Sequence record: PV204681
DNA: 64,000 nt
DNA from: Escherichia phage vB_EcoM_JQD51
Reading direction: 5' to 3' (one strand)
Shown: positions 40,776 to 50,456 of the stretch, in pieces
How the letters are laid out: every line of letters begins with the position of its first letter
Position numbering within the stretch: the stretch's first letter is position 1
Program-made: the position numbers and the translations under genes
The notes under the pieces: model-generated
The model's database searches: none
What the model was told of the DNA's origin: nothing
The model's input: only the letters and a program-made list of their open reading frames with translations

Positions 40776-40805
40776 ACTATATCATAGTCCTACTTAGTTG
40801 TAAAC
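40776..40805 (-). promoter_or_regulatory. Early promoter with perfect 7-bp dyad TAGGACT...AGTCCTA around the -10
   Basis: Plus actata (40776-40781) / gtaaac (40800-40805), 18-nt spacer. Confidence 0.55.
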
Positions 40806-40817
40806 ACTTTTATGAAA

Positions 40818-41375
40818 TTAAAGTTGAAGATACCACCCGTTGTAGTTGCTCTTGCGGACGATTTTCTTTAGGTCTTCATGGTCTCCCACGAACTTTATAG
40901 AATAAGAGAAGACGTCAGGTGAGGTTTCTTTGACATCTAATATAATAATGCAATCTGCGACTCGATGGTTCAAGAAGGGCCCTATATTGATTCCATTACC
41001 ACCCGGATAATCACCACTGTATCCTGTGGTAACAGAAATCCATTTAGAATCTATCTGGTGTGTCTTGACTTCTACACGAATTCCACAATACTTTGGATGG
41101 GCTAATACGTCCCATGCATACGTGTACGGGTCTTCTACGTCTTCAATACCTTTATTAACATATCCGTCTAGCCAATTTGCTACTACATACTCTGCAAAGA
41201 CCGCAACCTTACAACGTCGAACTACGTCTTCTTTTATTTGACCTGGATCTTGTTTCAATGAGTACCGAGCAGTGTCAGCAATCTTCACCTTCATTTCACT
41301 AGTCAAAAACTCATTCGACAGGATAAATGTCGGAAGATTCTTCAGTCTCAACAGTCCCAAGTTCGTCTTTACCAT
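40818..41375 (-). CDS. denB: Possible endonuclease IV (DenB-like), by position and size
   Basis: ORF track 40818..41438; internal Met at 41375 gives 185 aa, the size of T4 DenB; between ndd block and rIIB. Confidence 0.4.
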   Translation of the reverse strand: MVKTNLGLLRLKNLPTFILSNEFLTSEMKVKIADTARYSLKQDPGQIKEDVVRRCKVAVFAEYVVANWLDGYVNKGIEDVEDPYTYAWDVLAHPKYCGIRVEVKTHQIDSKWISVTTGYSGDYPGGNGINIGPFLNHRVADCIIILDVKETSPDVFSYSIKFVGDHEDLKKIVRKSNYNGWYLQL

Positions 41376-41598
41376 AGATACCTCTGATGTGTAGTTCGCC
41401 AAAATAAATGCGGTCACCTTCTTCAAGATATTCTGCATCTACAGGCGGAATTTCAATAACAACTTCGTCGCATTCTAACCAACCATAGTGTGCATCGCCA
41501 GGATGTTTTACCAATTTAGCACAATAAACCGATTTACACTTATGATGACCACGAAGATTAGCAATTTTGGATTCTGATACGTCAAATGGATGAATCAT
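41311..41598 (-). CDS. Hypothetical protein (about 95 aa)
   Basis: ORF track 41311..41649; start moved to Met at 41598 (SD agggg) downstream of rIIB terminator. Confidence 0.4.
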   Translation of the reverse strand: MIHPFDVSESKIANLRGHHKCKSVYCAKLVKHPGDAHYGWLECDEVVIEIPPVDAEYLEEGDRIYFGELHIRGIYGKDELGTVETEESSDIYPVE

Positions 41599-41610
41599 AA
41601 TTACCCCTAA

Positions 41611-41633
41611 AGAAAAAGGGGACCGAAGTCCCC
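41611..41633 (-). terminator. Intrinsic terminator after rIIB (GGGGAC-uucg-GUCCCC + U5)
   Basis: Inverted repeat 41618-41633, A5 at 41613-41617. Confidence 0.75.
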
Positions 41634-41638
41634 AATTA

Positions 41639-42586
41639 TTATTCTGCAAATAATTCAGTAACGTCTGAAATTACTTCATAACGACAAGTACGCATCTTAG
41701 CATCACCATAGTCAACTGGGATAGATACAACATCACGTGGATGAACTTTAACCTTAACAACTTTATCTGAGCTTGAACCAAAGTGGCGAATATAAGATTT
41801 AGCACAAACGTGGAGACCGCGAGAACAGGTTTGAGTATCATCGTCATTAACTCGAGTACGAGGCATTGAAACAACTTTACCTGGGGAGTTATCAAATGTA
41901 CCACTATAGCAGTCTAAATAGTCCTTACGAACTACTTTCCATGCATAGAAATACCCATCTTCAGTGATTTCAATATCATTTGCAACCAAGAAGTCGAATA
42001 AACGTTGTACAGCTTTTTCGCTCGGGTTTTCTAACAGGTTTTCAAGGAACGGCAGATAGAATTTAAAGTCTTCGCCTTTTTCCATGGAATCAATAATACG
42101 ATTAACCAGTCCTGAACGAATTTCTATACCTTGATAAAATAAACTACCACCTTCAATAGTAACATTACCATCAACAAACTTACTAATAGCTTTCTTGATG
42201 TTAATAAGTTCGACAGCTTTACTAAGGTTTCCTGCGACCAGATTAGCTTTAATTTCTTCAAAATTTGCATGACTTGATGGGGTCGCATTGTATGCTACGC
42301 GTCCTTCAATAATTGAAATAAATTTAGATGACGCGTTCCATACGATTTCAGGACGATGTCCGCCGATAATAGGTTCATCATTTTCTGGAACTTCTTCGAT
42401 TACATAAGAGGCATCGTTTGCTTCAGGGACAACGCCTTCTGCTTTAAAATTCTTAACAATCTTACGAAGAGTATCTGTTGAAATGTCGAAGTAATCGGCA
42501 ATTTCTTTACGAGTCCATTTGCCTGATTCAACCAGGCCGTAAGCTTCTAACTGTTCTTCTTGGGACAAGCATTTGATATTGTACAT
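41639..42586 (-). CDS. rIIB: rIIB
   Basis: 315-aa ORF (T4 312 aa); C-terminal half collinear with T4 rIIB (ITEDGYFYAWKVVR...PRTRVNDDDTQTCSRGLHVC). Confidence 0.92.
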   Translation of the reverse strand: MYNIKCLSQEEQLEAYGLVESGKWTRKEIADYFDISTDTLRKIVKNFKAEGVVPEANDASYVIEEVPENDEPIIGGHRPEIVWNASSKFISIIEGRVAYNATPSSHANFEEIKANLVAGNLSKAVELINIKKAISKFVDGNVTIEGGSLFYQGIEIRSGLVNRIIDSMEKGEDFKFYLPFLENLLENPSEKAVQRLFDFLVANDIEITEDGYFYAWKVVRKDYLDCYSGTFDNSPGKVVSMPRTRVNDDDTQTCSRGLHVCAKSYIRHFGSSSDKVVKVKVHPRDVVSIPVDYGDAKMRTCRYEVISDVTELFAE

Positions 42587-42595
42587 AATGTTTCC

Positions 42596-44809
42596 TTATT
42601 TGGCCGCTTCCACGGCCTTCATGAATTTAACGATTTGAGCGACCTGTTCTTTAGAAAGAGTACCACGTCGTCCCATGTATTCTGACACAATATGATAATT
42701 GGTTTCGAATTCAATAACCATTTTATCATCATTATCGTAAGCATTATCTTTAAGCTTATCGAAAATTTTAGCACACAATTCTAACTTCCTGTTCAGATCT
42801 CTGTTTTCAGCACCTGCGAATCGATTCCATCCCCAACGATTATTTACTGTTGAGAGTTTTGCAAAATCTTTACTGATTTCTTTGTTTTTAGAGCTAAAAT
42901 ACTTACTAAGGAAGTTAAGCTCTTCATTACGAGTAATATGATTCAAATAAGGCTGTGCTCTACGACTTGGTGATACATACTCATCATAATCCACTTTATC
43001 GATTAGCGTAATATAGTCATTAATTGATTTTTCGAACAAGCATTCTACTTCACCAAGTTTACGAACTTTCTTAGCAATCTGTGGACGAACTACAGTGAAC
43101 TCTTTAATACCTGACAAATCAGCAATACGGGTCAAGAAATTGGAGTCATAGTTCAACCAACCTTTATCTGCGTCAAGACATTCAGCATTAGAACGATTAC
43201 GAACTATAGCATAACCTTGGATTTCATCTGCTTCACTCGCTGGAATAAAGAGATCTTCTGATACCCAAACGTCGTTTTCATTCTTAAAGAATCGATGAGC
43301 ACTTGGCGATTTAGGACGAGGCTCATTAGTCCGTTTCCTGACTTCAATCCATGGCTTAACGATTTGTAAAAGCTCTGAAGTCTTGTACATGTTAATGTTG
43401 TCGCCATCAAAGATAACTTTAAGGCGTTCCAGAAGTTTCATTGCATCTTCGTCTGTAGGGTCAACGAATAGTACACTTTTACCAAAACCGCGTGGAACTT
43501 TACCAGTTAATTTAACCTCGTCTTTAGACATTTCAATTGAATTAAGAGCTCGCATTAATGGAACGCGTCCCTTAACGTCGTCAATAACGATTTCAACATT
43601 TTTAATGTTAATGCCAATCAGGCTGTTAATTGAAATGGTCGATGATGAGCTACCACTTTCACGAATACGACGAAGACGAGGGGATTCAACGATATCATAT
43701 ACGACGCCAAGATTACACCACTCAGGCCCCATTTTAAAACGTTTGTACAACTCAGAATAAGTTAGTTGTTCTTTAGAGTATTTCAGTGATTCAATATTAG
43801 ACCCGGCCTTTTCCATGTATTTACGAGCGGTATATCCAAGAGAATCAATTTCGCGGAACACATGACGTGGGTATTTACAATCAATCCATTTCTTAGAATC
43901 TTCAGCGAACAATTTAGCATCGATTTCTGCAACGCGTTTATGGATATTTGCTACTGTACGTTTATCAAATGACAATGCTTCGCGAGACGGAGCAACATCT
44001 AGTTCACCCATTGGGAATTTAATATAAGCTGTAGTGCATCGTGTCATCATCCATGTTTGTTCTTTAATAACACTTCCGATTGGATATACAATACCGCCAT
44101 AAACAGCCATGATATTACCACGTTCACCCCATGGAGCTTCCTTGGCCAAATATACATCATCAAATTCTGGGAAGTATTTAATATCTTTAACACCACGAAC
44201 TTCTGCAATATCGCCGAGAGGACGCATAACATAAGCAATTTCGGATGCGAACTTTTCAAAATCTTCTGGGTTAACAGGCACAACTACTTCAACGCCGGTC
44301 CGGTCATCAGGACCCATCTTATCTACGAAGGTTGGCTTAATCTGTGGACCGCTGTCATCTTGATAAATTACATAACCACGAACTTCACCATTGTGATAAG
44401 ACGTAAGGTTAAACGTATCGGTATATGCTAGTGGAGCTTTAGAACCGAGTCCGAATCCACCAATGAAATCGTTACTCGATGTTTTAGTTGAAGCAAAATA
44501 TGAGTTATAGATTCCTGGCTCTTCGTCATTACCTCGAATGGTGAAATCGCTCATACCAGGACCAAAGTCTCGAACTACAAAACGTGGGTCTAAACGACCT
44601 GGAGCTTGAACAATAAACTTATCAGTGCAACCATTAAGAATTTGACCATCGATACAGTTTGTGATTAATTCACGTACACAAGCCAATTCTTTGTTTGTAT
44701 AAAGGTCATTAGACAAAATCTTATAAACTTTGCTATTGCCTTGAATAGTAAATGCTGTGCTCTTACCGCCTGAACCAATAATCGTTTCTTTAGCCGTTTC
44801 AATAATCAT
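42596..44809 (-). CDS. rIIA: rIIA
   Basis: 737-aa ORF (T4 725 aa); N-terminal GHKL-ATPase-like region; directly upstream of rIIB. Confidence 0.92.
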   Translation of the reverse strand: MIIETAKETIIGSGGKSTAFTIQGNSKVYKILSNDLYTNKELACVRELITNCIDGQILNGCTDKFIVQAPGRLDPRFVVRDFGPGMSDFTIRGNDEEPGIYNSYFASTKTSSNDFIGGFGLGSKAPLAYTDTFNLTSYHNGEVRGYVIYQDDSGPQIKPTFVDKMGPDDRTGVEVVVPVNPEDFEKFASEIAYVMRPLGDIAEVRGVKDIKYFPEFDDVYLAKEAPWGERGNIMAVYGGIVYPIGSVIKEQTWMMTRCTTAYIKFPMGELDVAPSREALSFDKRTVANIHKRVAEIDAKLFAEDSKKWIDCKYPRHVFREIDSLGYTARKYMEKAGSNIESLKYSKEQLTYSELYKRFKMGPEWCNLGVVYDIVESPRLRRIRESGSSSSTISINSLIGINIKNVEIVIDDVKGRVPLMRALNSIEMSKDEVKLTGKVPRGFGKSVLFVDPTDEDAMKLLERLKVIFDGDNINMYKTSELLQIVKPWIEVRKRTNEPRPKSPSAHRFFKNENDVWVSEDLFIPASEADEIQGYAIVRNRSNAECLDADKGWLNYDSNFLTRIADLSGIKEFTVVRPQIAKKVRKLGEVECLFEKSINDYITLIDKVDYDEYVSPSRRAQPYLNHITRNEELNFLSKYFSSKNKEISKDFAKLSTVNNRWGWNRFAGAENRDLNRKLELCAKIFDKLKDNAYDNDDKMVIEFETNYHIVSEYMGRRGTLSKEQVAQIVKFMKAVEAAK

Positions 44810-44821
44810 ATTTTTCTCTCA

Positions 44822-45022
44822 TCACAAGTTACGTTTAAAAATTTCTGCTACTTCAAGAAGTTCTTCTTTAGTAGCTGTATCGGTTTGTATTTTATATCGA
44901 ATTTCCTTAAAGCGTTCTTTAAAGGACTCTGCTGACTCGATATCAAAAAATCTTTGGATAAGCCGGAATTCCCGGAGCACCGCTTTATCAAAAAGTTCCA
45001 AGTCCACGTTATATGTTCTCAT
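44822..45022 (-). CDS. Hypothetical protein (rIIA.1 position)
   Basis: 66-aa ORF. Confidence 0.5.
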   Translation of the reverse strand: MRTYNVDLELFDKAVLREFRLIQRFFDIESAESFKERFKEIRYKIQTDTATKEELLEVAEIFKRNL

Positions 45023-45044
45023 AATATTCTCTTCAGTAGATTCC

Positions 45045-45101
45045 TAGGGCACTATTACTAAAGACCATATAATCTATCATCTTATGTGTAATAGTGCCTC
45101 A
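45045..45101 (-). promoter_or_regulatory. Long inverted repeat (12-bp arms, about 30-nt AT-rich loop containing tataat-like hexamers) upstream of rIIA.1
   Basis: gggcactattac ... gtaatagtgcct, 11/12 complementary. Confidence 0.45.
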
Positions 45102-45114
45102 GGCGATTCAGGAT

Positions 45115-46215
45115 TTACGCTGTGAAGATTTTATCCCACATCGCAACAACTGCATCTCGGTTATACTTCTTCCATACTGCTTCAGCACGTTTAACTCGAG
45201 CTTCGTATGTGTCAGTGAATTCTAATACAGCTTTTGTGTAAAGCGCAACTACTTCTTTCTTAGGAGTAGAGGAATCAATTTCTACACGCACAGTATCTGG
45301 GTCGTATTCGAATGTCGCATGAGGATAATCCTTAAAAACTAACTGGATTACAGGGACACCTTTAGAGATGGCTTCAATAGAACTATTCTCTACAGTACCT
45401 GTGTCAGGACACGTATTAATAAGCGCTTTAGCTGTTTTAAGACGTTCCATGATTTCACTGTGTGGAGCATCAATAATAACAGGATATTTAGCTGGTGGTG
45501 CCCATTTACTAGGACAGTATCCTACACCATTTTCGCCTAGTGCTTTAATCGCTTCAAGAGCAACATCAGTACGACGCATTTTAGTGTCATAACGTTGTGC
45601 ACTAATAATCAGATCAGTCGCCGGAAGAACTTCATGTTTCTCATTCAAACAAATAACCGGATAATCTTCGGCTTCAAACAACGGATTTGCTCGCCAATAA
45701 TCATAATCAATTTTGTCAGTCAGACCTGAAGTCATATAACAATATTTGCGTTCAAATTCACGGAAGGCTTTAGTAGGAGCATAACTCTTACCACCATTCT
45801 TATGAATTTGAATAGTCTGGTCCCAAATTTGAACAATGCCACGAGATACTGGTTCAAATGGTGTTGCCATAAAATTCTTATGAACTTTAGAGAGACCTGC
45901 GTCTTTAATTGCCTGAACGGTTAGTTTAGTCGGTTCCATAGTAACAACAAAATCGTATTCATGGATGCCGGCTAGTTCAACAATCTTACGAGCCATAGTA
46001 TAACTCATACCTAGACTGAATTTAGTCAGATGACCAACAGGATGATGATTAACTTTCCAATCACCAAATGTGTCATTATCAAAGCCGATATAATCAATAT
46101 CAGCACCGATGGACACAAGATATTTCAACACATTTAAATGTACTGCTTCAAGGCCACCTTGTACACGGTCAGGATTAAATGGGACTGCACGAGATGGGAT
46201 AAACATAACTTTCAT
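45115..46215 (-). CDS. GT-B fold glycosyltransferase-like protein (candidate DNA sugar-transferase)
   Basis: 366-aa ORF; N-terminal MKVMFIPS...GG.E...L..L...G and C-terminal E.SSIEAISKGVPVI pattern resemble GT4-type glycosyltransferases; motif-level inference only. Confidence 0.5.
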   Translation of the reverse strand: MKVMFIPSRAVPFNPDRVQGGLEAVHLNVLKYLVSIGADIDYIGFDNDTFGDWKVNHHPVGHLTKFSLGMSYTMARKIVELAGIHEYDFVVTMEPTKLTVQAIKDAGLSKVHKNFMATPFEPVSRGIVQIWDQTIQIHKNGGKSYAPTKAFREFERKYCYMTSGLTDKIDYDYWRANPLFEAEDYPVICLNEKHEVLPATDLIISAQRYDTKMRRTDVALEAIKALGENGVGYCPSKWAPPAKYPVIIDAPHSEIMERLKTAKALINTCPDTGTVENSSIEAISKGVPVIQLVFKDYPHATFEYDPDTVRVEIDSSTPKKEVVALYTKAVLEFTDTYEARVKRAEAVWKKYNRDAVVAMWDKIFTA

Positions 46216-46230
46216 AATTAAGCCTTATTA

Positions 46231-46259
46231 AAATTAAAATGAAGCTCCCGAAGGAGCTT
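46231..46259 (-). terminator. Intrinsic terminator after gene 39 (AAGCUCC-uucg-GGAGCUU + U-rich)
   Basis: Inverted repeat 46242-46259 overlapping gp39 stop. Confidence 0.65.
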
Positions 46260-48075
46260 AGGACATCCATTCTTTACGAAGTTCAGAATCATCACCCAAC
46301 AACATTTCAAAGAGTTCTTTCCAATTTTCAGGAAGTTTAACTACGTCGTACACAGGGTTCTGAATCATTTCACGATATTCTGACTTTTCAAGGGAGCCCA
46401 ATCCCTTGATGTATCGAATACTATGCTTAGGCAGTGTATCTTTAGCTTCTTCATACTCAGCTACAGTATAAAACCATTTTTGAGTTTTGCCAATTTGTGC
46501 AATAATTACAGGCGTTTTAACAAAGCGAATACGTCCTTGTTCAAACAATTCAGGCCAATTACTAAAGAAAGCAAGCAAAGCCGGATAAATACTTCCAAGA
46601 CCGTCATGATCAGCATCGGTCATAATTGCAATATTACGATAGTTCGTGTTCTCTGCCTTTTCACCAAGAATAAGACCTGTGATAGCACAGATATCAAAGA
46701 GCTCTTTGTTCTTCATCATATCAGCATATGACATACCCCAGCTATTCATCACCTTACCACGTAATGGGAATCCGCCGTGTAGTTCACGGTCACGAACATC
46801 AATGAGATAACCAATTGCCGAATCACCTTCTGTTAAGAACAATGTCGTATCTGCATCTTTACCACATTGGTTAGCTTTAATATGCTTATGAACCTTAGCT
46901 TTAGTTGCCTTTTTAGCTGCTTTAGTTTCTGCAGCCTTTTCTGCGGCCAATTTACGAGCTAATGCTGCTTCAACAATAGGCATAATCAAGGCTTCGTTTT
47001 TAAGAAGTGCCTGAGCAATTTTCTTAGCATCTAATTGGATATGATTACGAATATCACCATACGTTGACGTTAAACGTTCTTTAGTCTGAGAATCAAAACG
47101 CATGTTGCTCATGTCTCTAATAAACATCAACATTGTGAGACATTCTTTAACACGAGCTTTAGTGACTTCAATACCCTTATATTTCTTTTTAATGCCGGGC
47201 AAAAGATGTTCGCAGATATCATCCATTACACATTCAACATGATGACCACCATTTTTAGTATGAATGTTATTCACATAAGTTAAATGACGGAAGCCGTCTG
47301 GTGATGTTGTGAATGCTATAGAGACTTTATCATTTTCTTGAATGATGTTATCTTCACCAAATTGTTTAGCAAATCGTTTAAAATTACCATCAACCTTTTT
47401 ACCATTAAATGTGAACTTGATATCAGGATAAACGACTGCCAATGTTTGAAGTCGGTCTAAAGTAATATCTAAATAAATTTGAGATAAATTATGCTCTTCA
47501 AATGAAGAGAAATCAGGAGTGAAGATTACTTTAGTGCCTTTACCTTTAGATTTCTTAGAAGACCATGATTTGTTTTCCATTCCGTTTGAACAGTTAACAG
47601 TGATTTCATTTTCGCCATCTGACGTGATGCCTGTAAACAACGTAGAGAAGATATTAGTTAAACTACTCCCGACGCCGTTCATACCACCAGTCTTGCGTTC
47701 AGAGTCATCACCAAAGTTACCACCAGCCTTTGGAATAGTCCAGGCTGCTACAGGCCCAGGAATTTGTTCACCTGTTTGGTCGGTAACTAAACCTTGAGGA
47801 ATACCACGTCCGTTATCTTCCACTGAGACTTGATTATTTTTAATTTGCACATCAATTTTATTTGCAAACTTAAATGATGTACGAATAGCTTCATCAACCG
47901 AGTTGTCAATAATCTCATCGATTAATTTAACCAGACCAGGAACATATTCAACTTGTTGATATTTACCAAACAAAAAACGCTCGTGGGCTTCTTTAGCCGA
48001 AGATCCAATATACATACCACTACGTTTCTTAATATGTTCTACATCTGATAATACCTTAATTTCATTTTTAATCAT
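46258..48075 (-). CDS. 39: gp39 topoisomerase II large subunit (GyrB-like), single unsplit ORF
   Basis: 605-aa ORF with GHKL ATPase N-terminus and TOPRIM region; contiguous, no separate gene 60. Confidence 0.93.
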   Translation of the reverse strand: MIKNEIKVLSDVEHIKKRSGMYIGSSAKEAHERFLFGKYQQVEYVPGLVKLIDEIIDNSVDEAIRTSFKFANKIDVQIKNNQVSVEDNGRGIPQGLVTDQTGEQIPGPVAAWTIPKAGGNFGDDSERKTGGMNGVGSSLTNIFSTLFTGITSDGENEITVNCSNGMENKSWSSKKSKGKGTKVIFTPDFSSFEEHNLSQIYLDITLDRLQTLAVVYPDIKFTFNGKKVDGNFKRFAKQFGEDNIIQENDKVSIAFTTSPDGFRHLTYVNNIHTKNGGHHVECVMDDICEHLLPGIKKKYKGIEVTKARVKECLTMLMFIRDMSNMRFDSQTKERLTSTYGDIRNHIQLDAKKIAQALLKNEALIMPIVEAALARKLAAEKAAETKAAKKATKAKVHKHIKANQCGKDADTTLFLTEGDSAIGYLIDVRDRELHGGFPLRGKVMNSWGMSYADMMKNKELFDICAITGLILGEKAENTNYRNIAIMTDADHDGLGSIYPALLAFFSNWPELFEQGRIRFVKTPVIIAQIGKTQKWFYTVAEYEEAKDTLPKHSIRYIKGLGSLEKSEYREMIQNPVYDVVKLPENWKELFEMLLGDDSELRKEWMS

Positions 48076-48120
48076 GTTGTCTCCTCGTTATGAAGGTATT
48101 CTATCATCCGAAATCTAAAG

Positions 48121-48140
48121 CAAAAAGGGCCGAAGCCCTT
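48121..48140 (-). terminator. Intrinsic terminator (AGGGC-uucg-GCCCU + U-run)
   Basis: Inverted repeat 48126-48139, A-run 48122-48125. Confidence 0.65.
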
Positions 48141-48564
48141 ATTTAAATTTAATTTTCTGAAGTGCATCAATTGCAGCCAAACGCCCTTGTTCACTTTTAA
48201 CTGTAATGACCACATCGCCTGATACGATCACCGAACCGTCAACAAATTCTACAGAGCCTTTTTTGAAATCGACAGCTGTATCTGGTTCTTGAACTTCTTC
48301 AAAGAATTTAAATTCTGCACCATAAAGCAGAATATCACCTTGCATACTATGAATAGTTCGGCCATAATCGCCTACAGCTTCTACAGCAATCACAGAAACG
48401 CCGTAACCAATCATCTCTTCCACAATAAAATCTTTGGACAATAAAGTAGTATGCAGATTAGTATTAAGACGTTTACCAGTCGTATTAAGAATTCTCAAGA
48501 AATTATCTTCCTGTCCTTTGATAATACGATATTTCTTACCAACTTCAAAACCTTTAAAAGCCAT
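48139..48564 (-). CDS. Hypothetical protein (goF position; paralog of 48749..49159)
   Basis: 141-aa ORF; shares GDIL...AEF.FF.EV.EP motif with the 136-aa neighbour. Confidence 0.5.
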   Translation of the reverse strand: MAFKGFEVGKKYRIIKGQEDNFLRILNTTGKRLNTNLHTTLLSKDFIVEEMIGYGVSVIAVEAVGDYGRTIHSMQGDILLYGAEFKFFEEVQEPDTAVDFKKGSVEFVDGSVIVSGDVVITVKSEQGRLAAIDALQKIKFK

Positions 48565-48566
48565 AA

Positions 48567-48746
48567 TTAACCCTTCTTAAGTAAGTCGTAAAAACCACCG
48601 TTCACATGTTTAGGAGCAGAAACTCGACGAGTAGACAGACGATGACATTCAGGGCAAACATCGTTTTCTCGTTCAGAAATCCTTTTAATTTTTTCATATT
48701 CATGACCGCAATCTTCAGATTGGCATTTATAGTCGTATAACGGCAT
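48567..48746 (-). CDS. FmdB-like zinc-ribbon small protein (59 aa)
   Basis: Hand-translated ORF MPLYDYKCQSEDCGHEYEKI...CPECH: two CxxC pairs. Confidence 0.5.
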   Translation of the reverse strand: MPLYDYKCQSEDCGHEYEKIKRISERENDVCPECHRLSTRRVSAPKHVNGGFYDLLKKG

Positions 48747-48748
48747 TA

Positions 48749-49159
48749 TTATTCCTTAAAATGTGCTTTCAGCATTTGATACAAAGACCATGCCTGGTCA
48801 TTATTTTCGATAGTAATCGTCATCACAGGAAATTCAGACAATTCACCAAGTTCACCAGAATCTTGCTCTTCAGACGCTTGATATGGATTTTCAACTTCGT
48901 CAAAGAACTCTGCTTCATTCGTGGAGAGCCAGATAAAGTTTTCATCAAGGATATCACCGCCTGTTGCGTATCCAACCGTGCCAGTAGATGTTAAAATTTT
49001 AGTAGGACGTCCGAGATGGTCAACATCTAAAATTTTAAAAGGTTCCATGCCAAGACGTCGTGCATAAATCCCATTAACAGTGTGGTCTTTAATAAACTCT
49101 TCTTGGGCACGTTTATCTATAAATTGGTACCATGAGTTAACGCGGAATTTATTAGCCAT
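48749..49159 (-). CDS. Hypothetical protein (paralog of 48139..48564)
   Basis: ORF track 48749..49177, start trimmed to Met at 49159. Confidence 0.45.
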   Translation of the reverse strand: MANKFRVNSWYQFIDKRAQEEFIKDHTVNGIYARRLGMEPFKILDVDHLGRPTKILTSTGTVGYATGGDILDENFIWLSTNEAEFFDEVENPYQASEEQDSGELGELSEFPVMTITIENNDQAWSLYQMLKAHFKE

Positions 49160-49431
49160 TAGTAAGTTTCCTTCCAATAAGTTGTACCATTTTCAGTGAT
49201 TTCACGGAAGATGCCATAGATAGGCATTTCATCACCAAGTTTTTCGTAAACGTAAACCACTTCGGTGTAGCATAAAAATTCGGTCCAGTTTTTCTGTACA
49301 ACAACTAAATCAGGATTAAACAGAACATCTTCAAACTCATCGATGTTTGAATCAGTAGTTACGTTTTTAATGATTTGACGTTTCATAATATTCTCCTCTT
49401 GTTTTGATAAGTCTATAGTATCATAGACCAT
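49159..49431 (-). CDS. Hypothetical protein
   Basis: 90-aa ORF. Confidence 0.45.
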   Translation of the reverse strand: MVYDTIDLSKQEENIMKRQIIKNVTTDSNIDEFEDVLFNPDLVVVQKNWTEFLCYTEVVYVYEKLGDEMPIYGIFREITENGTTYWKETY

Positions 49432-49443
49432 AGTTGTTGTACA

Positions 49444-49968
49444 TCATTTTAGCAAAATAAAATCAACTTGTTCTGCCAATGAACGTCTAAACATTAATTG
49501 ACAACTTCCGAGGATGAAATCAGGTGCTTCATAGACCGCGATGTAGTATCCTTTAGCTTTCAAGAGTTCAACATCCACCTGGTCATCAAACCATGCATAA
49601 ACCGCGTCAACGCTTTCAAATCCAAAATAGAACCCTTGAGCCCAATCTTCACTCAATTCAAATGTGTACTCAATTCTATGGTATCTTAAGATATTTTGTT
49701 CAAGAAGTTTGTCTTCATTTACTGTAGGACGATTAGGGACATTATAGTTGTCGCCGTGATGGTAGAAGTTACCTGAGAGTATTCCATGCTTATCAAGGAA
49801 CTCCCATGTTTCTTCAGAGTTGTCAGTGCCAGACCAACCGTAAGGTGAGCGAGGTTCTTTATTCCAAGAGGTTTCCCAAATTCTGACGGCTTTACCATCT
49901 TCGATAGCAATTCCTGGTAATGATTCACGTTGAGTACAAAAACTACGTTCTACTCGGTAAACTAACAT
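49444..49968 (-). CDS. Hypothetical protein
   Basis: 174-aa ORF. Confidence 0.45.
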   Translation of the reverse strand: MLVYRVERSFCTQRESLPGIAIEDGKAVRIWETSWNKEPRSPYGWSGTDNSEETWEFLDKHGILSGNFYHHGDNYNVPNRPTVNEDKLLEQNILRYHRIEYTFELSEDWAQGFYFGFESVDAVYAWFDDQVDVELLKAKGYYIAVYEAPDFILGSCQLMFRRSLAEQVDFILLK

Positions 49969-50027
49969 ATTATTCTCCTCTGGTTGATATGGTTATAATA
50001 TCAAAACCAGAGGAGAAGTAAACAACT

Positions 50028-50447
50028 TTATGCGAAAGCAGCTGGGCTATATTTTTTAATTTGGAATTCAGGAACTACCATGAACTGACCAGCGAAAACG
50101 ATGTTATAAAGCTTAACACCATCTTCTACCCAACGGTCGCTAATAAATCCGGCGATTTGCTTAGTTTTCCATGGCGTTCCATCAGTTGCCGCAGCAATAG
50201 TGAATTCATGGTCTTTTTCAACAGAAACTGATCTGCATAGTCCCCATTTGAACGCTTTTTCTTCTGGCTCAATGAACTGGCTTGAGACGTAGCCAATATT
50301 ACCATTAGCATCACGAACTTTAACTTGGTTACGACCAAAAACCGGATCACTCACAGAAAGAACTTCAACCAACTTCCCGGCAACTTTAGAGCGAGAAGCA
50401 ACAGATACATATACGTAATCACCTGTAGAGAGATTTACAATATTCAT
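50028..50447 (-). CDS. MotB-like protein (KOW-like N-terminus), paralog 1
   Basis: 139-aa ORF; N-terminal G.YVYVSVASRSKVAGKLVEV and C-terminal FISDRWVEDGVKLYNIVFAGQF shared with two neighbours. Confidence 0.5.
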   Translation of the reverse strand: MNIVNLSTGDYVYVSVASRSKVAGKLVEVLSVSDPVFGRNQVKVRDANGNIGYVSSQFIEPEEKAFKWGLCRSVSVEKDHEFTIAAATDGTPWKTKQIAGFISDRWVEDGVKLYNIVFAGQFMVVPEFQIKKYSPAAFA

Positions 50448-50456
50448 AATAATTCC

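Noticed and set aside
46258-48075. Possible gene 60-type translational bypass/split topoisomerase gene
   Set aside because: Gene 39 is a single uninterrupted 605-aa ORF; no separate gene 60-sized ORF or hop element seen.
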